A DNA stretch of 63,343 nt, the filler included, from Hausera hauseri (Eukaryota): the NCBI GenBank assembly GCA_046269625.1. It is 12 parts of 12 records of this genome, joined end to end, with 100 filler letters (N's around TTAATTAATTAA, not from the genome) between each part and the next. Parts side by side here need not be neighbours in the genome. Positions count along the whole stretch, not along the records: positions 1 to 4,653 come from JBJURY010488686.1; positions 4,754 to 8,954 come from JBJURY010704215.1; positions 9,055 to 15,273 come from JBJURY010123984.1; 9 more parts are not named here. The stretch is one strand, 5' to 3'. The translations under genes and the position numbers were made by a program. Positions 1 to 11,379 of the stretch are shown one piece after another (the stretch's first letter is position 1; the number at the start of each line of letters is the position of its first letter). The notes beneath the pieces are model-generated. The model was not told the origin of the DNA. It saw nothing but the letters and a program-made list of their open reading frames with translations, and did not search any database.

Positions 1-106
1 AACTATATATAGATCAAATTCCGAAACTAGAGATAAAGTAGTTAACGGTAGATTTAAAATTCCTCAGTTTAAAGATATACCCAGTAAGAATAAAGTAAAC
101 GATAAT

Positions 107-1000
107 ATGGCAGCAAATAACCCACCAGTAGCGCAGAAACTGGACATCTTTACCTCTGACTCTCTGAACCTGCCAGCATACGATGGTGATCTGGACGGAT
201 TAAATGAATTCTTGAGAACCTATAAATTGCACGCAGAAGGTGCTAGTCTTACTCCTGAAGTTATGATTAAACGTTTATCATTGTATCTAAAAAATCTAGC
301 GACTGACGCCTATAGTGAGCTTACTAATGATGAAAAGAAATCTTGGTCTTCCCTAGTAGGAGACCTAAACCGTAAATTATTGCCGACAGTAACACCGCAA
401 CAGAAACTTAAGACTTTTAAAAATAGAGTGCAACAGAAAAGTGAATCGGTAACTCAGTTAGCATTTGCATTGAAGAAACTTGCTAATAGTTATGTGAGCA
501 CCCTAAGAATAGCCAATGTAGCAAAAGCTCAATCAGACGCAGAACGTAATGCGGTGAATAAGACAACTCCGCCAGATCTAGACGTCATAATGACGACTCA
601 GTTAATTAATTGTATCTGGTCCCAAGATTTAGTTAAACAGTTGATTTTGGCCAGACCTGAAAATTTCGAGAGAACTTTGCAATTGGCCCAATATTTAGAA
701 ATGGCACTGGATAAATACGCCAGGTACAGCGATAGGAACGATAGAAATAACGATCGAAATAATCGTAATGACAGGAATCGGAAGGACAATCGTGGAAGAG
801 ATGATAGACGATTTAATAATAATAGGAATTATGGAAATAGAAATAGCAATGACTATAGACACGGCCGAGACAAAAATTATGGTAATGAACGAAGTATAAG
901 TCGAATCTTAATGCGCATAGGAATGGAGGAAATTACAAAAGTTTTAACTATTCAAACCGTTATGATGGAGACCGATATAATGATAGTCGACGGAACGTAG
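107..1000 (+). pseudogene. gag: Gag capsid region (Gypsy family A), frameshifted in the N/R/D-rich linker
   Basis: LPAYDGD..LNEFL...YLKNLATDAY..L..EKKSW and FKNRVQQKSESVTQLAFALKKLA (R.Q...ESV major-homology-like motif). Confidence 0.8.
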
Positions 1001-1063
1001 AGAGTACACAAGGCTCGTCGAACCAGTACAACAGAAACATAAACAGGTCTAAGTCACCCGTGA

Positions 1064-3928
1064 ATGAAGACGGTCCAAAGAGTCGGCAGAAATGGAAATT
1101 TAGTTTGCTTCACCTGCGGTAAAGAAGGACACATTGCACGGTCATGTCCGAACCAAAGTAGCGTTTCATTTACCGAACCTCATAGGACTGGTATGATAAA
1201 AGTCAACGAGAACTTAGAAGCAAAATATGTTGTTCGCGGAGATACGGGTACTATTCTCGACATACAAGATTTGAGAAAATTTCTAGATGCTCAACCTGAA
1301 ACCACTAATCTACAGGTTTTGACGGCCAGAAAAGAATATGGAGATAAATTAAGATTGTTAGAGGTGTATCATGGTTTAGCAGAACCGAAAACTGAATACG
1401 AGTACGCAATCGCACCTGAGCGAATTGAGATGATGCGAAAAAAGAGTATTCCGACAAGTAATAAAATAGCAGATGAACCAAGAACTTCGACAGAAGTCGA
1501 CTTAGATGTAGAACCTGAGTTCACGGTTGAAAGGGTAGATAAGACTACTAAAGAGGATATAATTGAAAAAGAATTCATGGAGCCATTAATACTTAAAAAT
1601 AGAGGCCGCAGCTCTTTACTTAAAACGAAACGTAGAAGTGGTTCACGTTCGCAAGTGACTACAGAGAAAATAGAAAAAACGAAAAATGCTCACATTGCTG
1701 TAGAAAGCGATGTAGAACCTAACTTAAATACACCAGAAATTGGCCCATTCACACCTATTAAGGTAGAAGAACCGGTAGAGTCAATTAATGAAATTAACGA
1801 GATTTGCCCACTTCCAACCAGTGAGGAAGAAACGCAAAATATTGATGATTTTGATCCAAGTAAGTGGAAAGTCCGACGTTCGTGGGAAAATGCCAATGAG
1901 TTAAAGAAAATGAGAATTAGATGTCACAACCCAGAAATATTACAACGTAACTTGGAAAGGCTTAAGCAAATCAGGGAACAAGTAGATATATCCGGTAAAG
2001 AACAACAATTTACTGAGAGATTATATAAAAGTTTAAAATTATGTAGTGAAGGAAAATTCGATGATGCAATCGATTTAGGACAACCTGAGGAGCGGCCACC
2101 TGAAACATTAATAGAATGGAAACGTGAATTAGAATCATGGATTAAAAGTTGAATCAAATTTTCAGAAGGATGGAGCAAAAACAAAGAAAGTGTTGGTGAA
2201 AAACTTACTAAAGCTCGAACGCTATTGTCTACCTTAAAAACTAATCAAAAACTGAAAAGAGTAGTTTGTAATTTAGAGCGTATGGTGGATGAAATTCTCT
2301 GTGCAGTGATTAACCGGCTTACAGAAAAACCGGTTAGCAATCAAAGTGATATCGATCCAGAAATATTGGGTATAGACCCAGTAGACATTCACCCTTAATG
2401 GAGATGATAAAAATCGCTTTCGCTGTACTCAAACAATATACGAACCTAGAGAATCGTATCAAAATGGAAAATGAAAAGCGATAACAAATTTGAAGTTTGA
2501 GAAACCGAATTATGTTTCTCAATAACGAGGAAACCAAATACGTAATAAAAGCTTGTATCATAGAATTTGACGAATATAAGGATGAGTTTGATTATGTCAG
2601 CCGGATTATGAATTTCATAAAAGGTCCAGATGACGAACTAAAGGATGCATATAAGGTACTAGACAAGGCTATATTGGCAAAGCCAATAATCGCAAATCAA
2701 TTGTCGGAATGGTCCGAATTAATAATGTGACTAAGTAAATTAGTAGAAGACCGTAGGAAAGAATTTCCAGAAAGCGAGCCTTCTATAGCGAAACAATTAG
2801 AAGAAAACACACGTAAATTAGATACAATAAAAGCAGAAATAGATATTCGAACTCAATTTGAGACATTACGACGGTTAAATTTTATGAAGAAAAAGAAACA
2901 AGCGACGATATTGCAAGAGATTTATAAAATGATCGAAGAAACAAACTTTACAGAGAAGCGAAATATGATTTGCAATTTTTACCCAAAATTGAGGAATATT
3001 CGGCTAAAAGGAATCCAGTATCTAACAGCAAAAGCTATAGACGAGATTTCAACGCAAAATATCGAAACTCTAAATATTTGTGCCGAAAACAAAGCGGTTA
3101 TAGAAGAGGCAATAAGATACATACGAAAACCGCAAGAATGGATGGCCGGAACCGATCAGAACTACCAAACCGAGTTGACTAGAATTAGAAACGATCAACG
3201 TCTCAGTCTCGAAGAATCTCAGCTCGTAAAGAAACTGCTCGATACAATAGACCCCGACTCAAAAATCATAAATCAAATGTACGAATTAGCCTTCCTATTA
3301 GTAGAAATGGCAGAGATTAATGACGAGAAAATGAGGCAATTGATGCCCAAACTACAGCAAGTTGAAGAAACATGTATTAGAACCAAGCAAGGAGCAATGA
3401 GATTAGACGAACTGACAAAATAATTTGAAATCTACCGGAACAAATATGCTTTTACCGAATCAGAAATTAAAAATAAGCGAGAATTTGTACAAAGATGGCA
3501 GAGACGTAATTATTGAACTAACCGATTATCACCAAAAGGGATTCATTAAAACTAATGAATTAGGCGAACTGCTGAAAATGATTCAATATGCCTGTGGAAA
3601 CGGAATAGGATTTCGGACCACGCAAATGAAGGAAATACAGCCCATGCTAAAGGAAATTTGAGAGAATTCACAAAACGTAAGCACAACACTAGTGCACCAT
3701 GGACTTCCAGACATTGGAAATGAACCAGAATGGGATGCGTACTTAGATACATTAACAAGCGAGGATCTTGTAACTCCGGTACAACTAAATGAAATAGAGA
3801 CGTATCCGCAGAATAGAAGATTCAATGTGGAGATGCTCCTATATTCAGCGCTAACTGAAAAGGATCTCATCGAACTAATTGACGTGAACATTGCTGAAAG
3901 CAAACTTAGACAACTTATTCGACCTTAA
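1064..3928 (+). pseudogene. Gag CCHC knuckle followed by about 900 codons of unknown, helical-looking polypeptide broken by stops and frameshifts
   Basis: CFTCGKEGHIARSC at 1106-1147. Consecutive ORFs 1064-2152, 2497-2730, 2884-3423, 3425-3661 and 3692-3928 align with ORFs at 37792-38878 and following. Confidence 0.75.
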
Positions 3929-4002
3929 CAGTTTATATTGCAGTGCCGAAACTTTTGATGAGGAAGTACGCCAAAATCTTGAGAGCTAAACCTGAAGTGG
4001 CG

Positions 4003-4242
4003 ATGAAAGTAATGATATGATCCGAGTGGATGGAGGAAAAAGAATGTGAGCTAACTACTTATTCCTATGTAAGGGACGTAAAAGAATGGTTAATAAATAA
4101 TGGTGGAACAAACGAGTTAAATTATAGAATCTACTTTAGAGGTAGAATACTAGACGATTTAGAACAATTAATAGACATCGGGATAATCCCCGATGAAACA
4201 AATCGAATAGTAGTGATAATAGCCAATGAAAAGACAAAATAA
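4003..4242 (+). pseudogene. Ubiquitin-like domain inside the family A polyprotein (no C-terminal GG)
   Basis: MKVMI*SEWMEEKECELTTYSYVRDVKEWLINNGGTNELNYRIYFRGRILDDLEQLIDIGI resembles ubiquitin TIENVKAKIQ...[21 protein letters not shown]. Confidence 0.7.
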
Positions 4243-4653
4243 GAAACCACGCATAAGGCCAAGACGGAACAATGTGTAGGACAAATCATTGGAGTCCGAG
4301 ATGCTGAAATGTATTTCGAGTATTTACAAACGGATGACGACAAGGAACAGTACAAGAATTTAGTAACGCTGAGTGAATTAATAGCCAATATCCCAAGACA
4401 GAAACGCCCGGTCGGAAGGCCTAAGAAGACACGAGAAGTTGACTATAATGGAGAATTGATTAGAGTTGAGACAAATGTCAATTCCGACCCTTAGTACAGA
4501 CAATGAAGAATTAAGCGATTTAATGAAGAATTTAATATATATTGTAAATTACTCCGGCCTCCAAGGTGAAACATTAGACGATAAAGAAAAAGCACTATTT
4601 AATGCAGCTAGAACAATGAAAAGTTTTTATCAAAGAGTAACTTAAGCAATTCA

Positions 4654-4753
4654 NNNNNNNNNNNNNNNNNNNNNNNNNNNNNNNNNNNNNNNNNNNNTTA
4701 ATTAATTAANNNNNNNNNNNNNNNNNNNNNNNNNNNNNNNNNNNNNNNNNNNN
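4654..4753. other. Artificial contig-joining linker
   Basis: 44 N + TTAATTAATTAA + 44 N; stop codons in all six frames; repeated identically 11 times. Confidence 0.97.
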
Positions 4754-5008
4754 ACAAGAAGTCCAAATCTGGCGAATGAAACAATTTGTCTCTGAAATCC
4801 ATCAAATTTGAATATTTTATTTCAGCTGGTGGTGCTGTCATCCAAAATGAAGTAGCATCGTAGAGACTCTTTCCAGTTACACAGCTATATTCCGGCACGA
4901 CGGGATAAAACGACAAAGGTATATCAACTCGTCGGCAATTACAAAAACATATAACAACAGATGAAAAAACGATAACAGTGTATTTACAGGTGCTTGTTGT
5001 GCACAATA
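4754..5008 (-). repeat. Partial 3' LTR of family B copy 1
   Basis: Boundary gcacaata|tcactcccgtg matches gcacaaca|tcaccccccgtg (24160) and gacacaaca|tcaccccc (42734). Shares gtcg(g/a)caatt..aaaacat and gtatttaca with the 42319-42734 LTR. Confidence 0.6.
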
Positions 5009-5227
5009 TCACTCCCGTGACAATGAAGAGACTAGAATGTAAGAAAGTAGAAAATGTGTTAAAACAGTGCAGGCTGTCTAGAAGGTTTTTGTGTGAATAA
5101 GACGTTGTACCCCTGCAATGTTAATCTCCTTACTGTAAATACTAAATGTGACTGATTTTCGAACATTCAATGTCTTTGAATCTGGTTGCAGAGGAGATTG
5201 ATGTAAAACAATGTCAGATTTGGTCGT

Positions 5228-8200
5228 TCAAGGCAATATATCGTTTAGATGCGAGAAAGGGACTGGAGGAGAAAAAATAGGAGAGAAGGAAAGAAAAGTG
5301 GGAAGGTTAGTAGGAGGGTAGTTTGGAGTAGGTTTTGGTAAAGGAGTAGTTGTAGAGGCGGGAATGAAAAGGGGTGTAGGAGGTTTAGGGACTGAAAGGG
5401 GAAAAGGCGGAGAAGTCAAAAAGGAGGTACAAGATTTAATTTGAGATGTATCGTCTACAAAAAAAGAGGGCTTGACGATGTTGATATGACCGCTAGTTCC
5501 TTACCGTCTTTAGAAATAATGGCAGTGTGGGAGTGTAATTGGACGAGTTTGTAAGGCCTCAAATACCGTGGTTGAAAACCGCACGGCGTTTGATTTTTTA
5601 GCCAGACCAATTTTGCCGAATACAAGTCTTTAGGTAAATATGTTTTGTCTTTCTGAAGAAACCTGCAGAACGAATCTTCACTGATTGCAACGAAGTGATT
5701 TTGCACTGCCGTATCGTTTTATCTGTATGAGTGTCGTCTAGGGCAATAATTCGAATAATAACCGTACAGGGGGTGAACAGCCGGTAGAAGTAGACGGAGT
5801 GTTCCGTCAGCCAAGCAGAACAAACGGAAGAAGATTCGTCCAACTAGTGTTGGACTCTGCAAAGATTCTTAGTGACGTTTTCAATGTTCGGTGGAAACGT
5901 TCTAAAAGGCCTTTCGATTACGGGTGATAAGGCATTGTATGTATGTGCTGGATCCCCAATCGGTTAAAAAGGGATTTGAACAGGTTTGATTCAAACTGTG
6001 GACCCTGGTCCGTGATGATAAAGCGGAATGATCCAAACCTGCTAATCCATGTACGAATGACAACGTCAGCTATGGTGTCGGTATTTGTGCTCCGTAGAGG
6101 GATGGCTTCTGGCCATGGCGAAAAACGGTCCATCATGGTGCGAATGAATTGGTGACCGTTGTCCGGAGAAAGAGGGCCGACGATGTTGATATGCATGGAT
6201 TAGAAACGCGATGTGCATGGAAAGTGGAATAGGGGTGGCTTTAAAGGTTTAGTTGTTTTGTATTTTTGGCAGTCCACACACTCCTTAACCCAGGTTTGCA
6301 CATCGGAACGCATTCACGGCCAAACTACTTGTCGGTGGAGTAAACGAAAAGTGGCTTTAGCAACAGGGTGGTTTAGCGAATGTATACTGTTAAACGCTTG
6401 CCGTTGTAAAGGTGGTGCGAGAATTATTACGGAATGACTTGGTTTGGAAGTGTCTAAAGCCACGCAGTCAACAACTGTGTAAGACTTAAAAGAATTAAGC
6501 ATGTCCTGATGTGGCTGGTTCTGTTGAAGTTGTACTTGAGAGAAGATAGGTGAAAAATTAATCGATCCAACCGTCCTAGATAAGAAATCGGCAACCAAAT
6601 TATTAACCTCGTTAATATGTTTTATGTCAAAGTTAAATGTCAACAAATATGATATCTGTCGTTCTTGGCGTAAGGAAGTATGTTTCATAGCCATGATGTT
6701 TATCAAGGGCTTGTGATCGGTCTATAAGGTAAAATTGCGAGCTACAAGTAGGTGGGAGAAATGATTTAAAGCAAGAACAACGGTCAATAATTCTCGATCG
6801 AACGTTGAATATCTAGTTTCAGGGCATGTTAGCTTACGAGAGAAAAACTCCAGCGGTTGATTTTCTCCTTTTTGGATTTGCTGAAGCGCAGCACCTACCG
6901 CAGTGGTTGAAGCATCTGTAGTAAGGATTAGTTCCGCATCAGGCTTGGGGAAAGCGAGAATGTCGACGGTCTTGATTCCTTCGCGTAGCTTATCAAACTC
7001 ATCAACCAGTTCAGGTGTCCACTGGATTGGCTGATGTTTTCTGTCGCCCCTAAGTGAGCAAATGGTGCGGTGGGTTCACAGCTGTACGGCACATACTTGT
7101 GAACGAAGTGCAAAGTTCTTAAAAAGCTCCTCATTTCTGTTGTTGTTCGAGGTAGTTTCACATTTTTGGGGGCTTCAACACGCTCGGGCTGAGGCGAGTG
7201 ACCTTCAGCAGAAATAACGTGACCAAGGAAATTTATACGCTTCTGGAAAAGTGACATTTGGAGAAATTGATCTGCAGGTTATGCTGGTGTAAACGTTGAA
7301 AGATTGATCTGAGGTGTTCCTCGTGTTGTTGGGTCGAAGAGGAAACAATTAATATGTCATCCATATAGGGGTAAGCATATGGAAACTCAGAAAGTATAGC
7401 ATCAACGTGGAGTTGAAAGGTCTGCGCAGCATTCCCCAAGCCGAAAGGCATGAACAGATATTTATAAAAGCCAAATTGAGTAGTGACGGCTGTTTTTTCG
7501 ATATCCTCAGGTGCCACAGGAATTTGGTGATAGGTTTTGGATAAATCCATGGTAGAATAAATTGTAGTGGAATTGAGACGGTGTAAGATATCCTTAATGA
7601 GTGGCAGCGGGTATGCAACCATGATTGTCAAAGTGTTCAACTGACGATAATTACCATATGGTCTAAAAGTTCCATCCTTCTTTTGCACGACATGCCATTT
7701 CGACGACCACGGTGATTTGGAGCGACGTACAATGCCGGAGCGTTCGAGGTCTAGAAATTCGACTTCAACGGCCTGTCTACGACGAGGAGACAATGGCCGC
7801 ACTTTCTGGCCGATAGTTCTCTGATGTTGTGTTATAATGTGGTGAAAATTGGTATTTGCTGGTGTAAAAGACCTGTCTTTTTGAATAATTCTAGAACAAG
7901 ATACGTTGATGAATTGCTGCAGGCTTGCAGGTAATTGTGAATAGTTTGGTGGGAGCGAAGAGGTTTTGTCAGTAACTGTGGAAATTTAAGCGTTATTTGG
8001 TGATAGAAAAGGGAAGTGGTATTCGATGCAGGATGGTAGTATTGAAGATGGTATTGCAGATGGTAGTGTTATCTAGTGACTTGGCAGTGGTAACGGGATC
8101 ACGTTCATCACAGTTCAATCCCCAATCGTCAGTAATATCCTTGTTTAATAATTCATAAAACAAATTGCCATGGTTGTAAAAATGGTTTGTTCAACGTTTT

Positions 8201-8684
8201 TTTAATATCGGTTTTCGACTTGCATCCACCCGCACGACAGAGGAAATTGTATCGACGTGATCAAATCGGTCTTTATTGCAACCACTTGTTAAACAACGTT
8301 GTTTGAAATCGACAAGGAGATTATAGTTCGAAAGAAAGTCGGATTCTAAAATGGCTGTCTGGACATTTGCAACAGTAAACGTCCAGTGGAACGTTTGCGT
8401 AAATTTCGGAAGGGTAAAAGGAAGCCTACATGTACCGGAAACGTGTAGCGGTTGTCAAGAAGCTGTAAAAAGAGGTTTATTGTTGAATGAGGTGTGTCGA
8501 GTTGGAAAGGCGAGTGGGAGTAAAGAAATCGCTGCATCTGAATCGATGAGGAAATCTATGTGGCGAGTTCTTAGTAACGTAGTTACTGCTTTTACGGTAA
8601 ATACGGCGAAAGAAAGTTTTCGGCTGGTAAAAACTAAAGAATGACCTTCGCCAGGTCTAGCCTTAAGCTCTGGCGGCGGCATTA
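5228..8684 (-). pseudogene. pol: pol (protease, RT, RNase H, integrase), multiply frameshifted
   Basis: FLIDSDAAISLLP (protease site, degenerate); SPWSS, KTAVTT.FG..YLFMPFGL, YMDD (RT); TDAS, LEFFSRKL (RH); HINIVGPL, ITDQGPQFES, PYHP (IN). Confidence 0.92.
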
Positions 8685-8954
8685 GTTTTTGGCAGTGGTG
8701 AACATGGACGGCTTTTAGAAGGTAGGAGAGAACGTCCTACGTTCGTATGTTGAGTGTTGCTTCTACAAGTACAATCAGGGATACATTTATATGCATCATT
8801 CTTAAACTTTGCGTGGTAAATGCAAATAGGGTTGTTACTGTGATACTTTTGGGTGTAAAAGCGGCACCCGAGATGACATTTTTGCGCTTTATGAGCGAAT
8901 TTGTCATGTTAAAAACAGATCAGCTATCGCGCAGGAGAAGATGACCGACCTCTG

Positions 8955-9054
8955 NNNNNNNNNNNNNNNNNNNNNNNNNNNNNNNNNNNNNNNNNNNNTT
9001 AATTAATTAANNNNNNNNNNNNNNNNNNNNNNNNNNNNNNNNNNNNNNNNNNNN
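8955..9054. other. Artificial contig-joining linker
   Basis: 44 N + TTAATTAATTAA + 44 N. Confidence 0.97.
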
Positions 9055-9081
9055 TGTATTCAATATACATCTTCCATTTTA

Positions 9082-9099
9082 TGGTAGCAGAGCGCGGTT
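9082..9099 (+). promoter_or_regulatory. Primer-binding site, complementary to the 3' end of initiator tRNA-Met
   Basis: TGGTAGCAGAGCGCGGTT a few nt after a putative LTR end (..ttcca). Metazoan tRNAi-Met ends ...CUCUGCUACCA. Confidence 0.8.
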
Positions 9100-9112
9100 A
9101 GGGCTCCGCACC

Positions 9113-11248
9113 GTGATCCGCGTGTACAAACCACGTGATGTTTTGGTCTTTCGAGGTATTCTGTATGTCCGTCTTCTCGTTTTCGGAACTTGTTCACTCC
9201 GTTTTAATGTTAAAGCAAAGGCGAGAATCCTCTACAAAATATGCACGGTGAGGAGCTATGGGGAAATGAATAAAATGAAACGCCCTGACTATTTTGCAGA
9301 GGTTACGCTAAATTGGAGAGTCGTGAAATCTTGCGCCGAAGGCGATAAAAAATTAGAAGATATATCGAGGGTCTATGAACTTGAACAGCTAGAGAATAGA
9401 CCTCAGCGGATAGTTTCACCTGTAACAGATCACAAAGAAACATGTTGTAAACGGCTCGCGTTTGAGGCAAGTGACCGTATATTATTGAACAAATTACAAA
9501 AAGGCATTGGATGTCCAGAACTTCAAGTTGTGGAGAAGCAGTATGAAAAGCTAAGTGAAGAAGCACAAATTAATTATACAAATTCAAAGAAAATATCAAA
9601 TCTTTTTGAAGATAGGGAATTAGAAGGAGTAGAATTACCGTATCAAATAGGAAGAATAAATGGAAAGGCGGTAAACGAGATTTCCGAAAACAGAGTTGGA
9701 GAAATAAGAAAACAGGTAATCATACGTTGTGGCGGAGGTAATTCCGTTGTAGACTTAACGGAACCTAAATTATATTGGGACCTAATTGGGAATATAAAGA
9801 AAACCTTGAGGGTAACTGAGGAGTTCAGTCTATTACATGCCGGAAAACCGCTACAGTCCAATGGAGCAGTGAAAAGCCTAAAACACGGCACAACAATTCA
9901 CTTAACGTTCCAGCTAAGGAGAGGAAGCGAGATAACAACGGATAAACTCGAAGAACATATTGCCGAGCGACGAATACCCATAAATGAATTGCCTTTGATT
10001 TGAAGATTGATGGATGTGAATTTAAACGAACATGATTATAACGTATTCCATCAAAGTTATGTAATCTTTTCGAGTGTACAAGAGGAACTGTGTGTATTGA
10101 CAACTGCAGCCAGGAAATTAAAAACGAAGGAGAATGTAACATTAATAGAGAATGAAATAGAGAAATTAGACGAGCAGAACGAAAAGATCAACGCAGTTAT
10201 CTATGAGAGAAGCTTAAGGGAAAGCAAATTGGCAGTTAATACAATAAAAGGCGTAGACAGTGGTATAAAGGAAAAGGTCATACTGCCGAAGTTACAGAAG
10301 TTAGAACTCCCTAAGTTTGGCGGTGTAGTCACAGAGTATGATAAATGGAAGAGAACATTTGATACCTGCGTTCATAAGACATCAATGTCTGACATATACA
10401 AACAATTGCAATTAAACCAATGCCTGTACGGAGAACCGAAGAGATTAATTGAAAACTTCGACCTGTCTGAAGAAGGCTATAAGGCTGCAATGGGAAAACT
10501 TGACTCTTATTATGGGGGAGAACAACGGTGTTATGCTGCCTTCATGACCGAAGTGATGCGTTTTAAACCAATCAGGGAAGAGGACATCATAAGCCTAGAT
10601 CGATTTGTTGCTTTGTTGGATGGCATAACAATAAGATTGCAAAATTTTGGAAGGAAAGAAGAATTAGGTGGAGGATGATTATATCAAAGTCTTGTAGAGA
10701 AACTCCCAGAATCTATAGTATTATTATGGGAGATATGTCGCCGAAGAGGCTAAATCGAACGGTTGAAAATTTGAAAACTTGGGTGGAGTCGGAAGCGAGC
10801 ACACGGAGGAGCACCATTGAAAGAATTAGAGGTATCAACGTCTTTAATACGTTCGAGGCTAGATCGCCGTCAAGATTTGGAAATGAACATAAATTCGATC
10901 AAACAACTAACAATCGTTCCAGAGTTGAAAATGCAACGTTCGGAATCAGGAGACATGATAAAGAAACACGGAAGAGTTTTTACATAGATAGACAACCTAA
11001 TCAAAATGAGACCCGAGTTCAAGATAAGAAGAGGTAACAGCGTTAAAACAACAAATAAGAACGAGGAAATGCTTTATTGGGAATTTGAGGAGGGGACTTG
11101 TAAATTCGGGAATAATTGTAGATTCTTTCACAAGAAAGAAAAGAAAAATGAAACACGGATATGTAAATACTATCTGAACGGAAATTGTAGGTACGGAGAA
11201 AAATGTAACTTTACTCATAAATTACCGCTAAAAAGGATAATTTTATAA
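9113..11248 (+). pseudogene. gag: BEL/Pao Gag: N-terminal region, ubiquitin-like domain, coiled coil, DUF1759-like capsid, two CCCH fingers
   Basis: LPKLQKLELPKFGG...KWKRTF...LNQCLYGEPKRLIENF...GYKAAMGKLDSYYG; UBL at 9710-9925; CKYYLNGNCRYGEKCNFTH. Confidence 0.85.
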
Positions 11249-11379
11249 AACAAGAAAAAGCGTTCTATACACGAAATACAGAAGAATGAGTAAACAAAGA
11301 GGAAGACATGGGAGACGATATTGAACTACGGGTTAACACGTATGTAATTCAACGATCGGAAGGGAAAACGACAGGAAAA

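Larger units (their letters stand above)
1..4653 (+). mobile_element. Ty3/Gypsy LTR retrotransposon family A, copy 1 (gag region plus long extension; contig ends before pol)
   Basis: Retrotransposon Gag capsid-like ORF and CCHC knuckle. Colinear homology with 36600-39570, where the same sequence continues into protease, RT and RNase H. Confidence 0.85.
4754..8954 (-). mobile_element. Ty3/Gypsy family B (CsRn1-like) copy 1: gag 3' end, PR-RT-RH-IN, PPT and partial 3' LTR
   Basis: Domain order PR, RT, RH, IN. CHCC-type Gag motifs. Homologous to copies at 15374, 24161 and 42735. Confidence 0.92.

Noticed and set aside
4698-4709. TTAATTAATTAA as a biological motif or repeat
   Set aside because: It is always centred in exactly 44+44 N, so it is an assembly linker. 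ORFs containing X runs end at it artificially.
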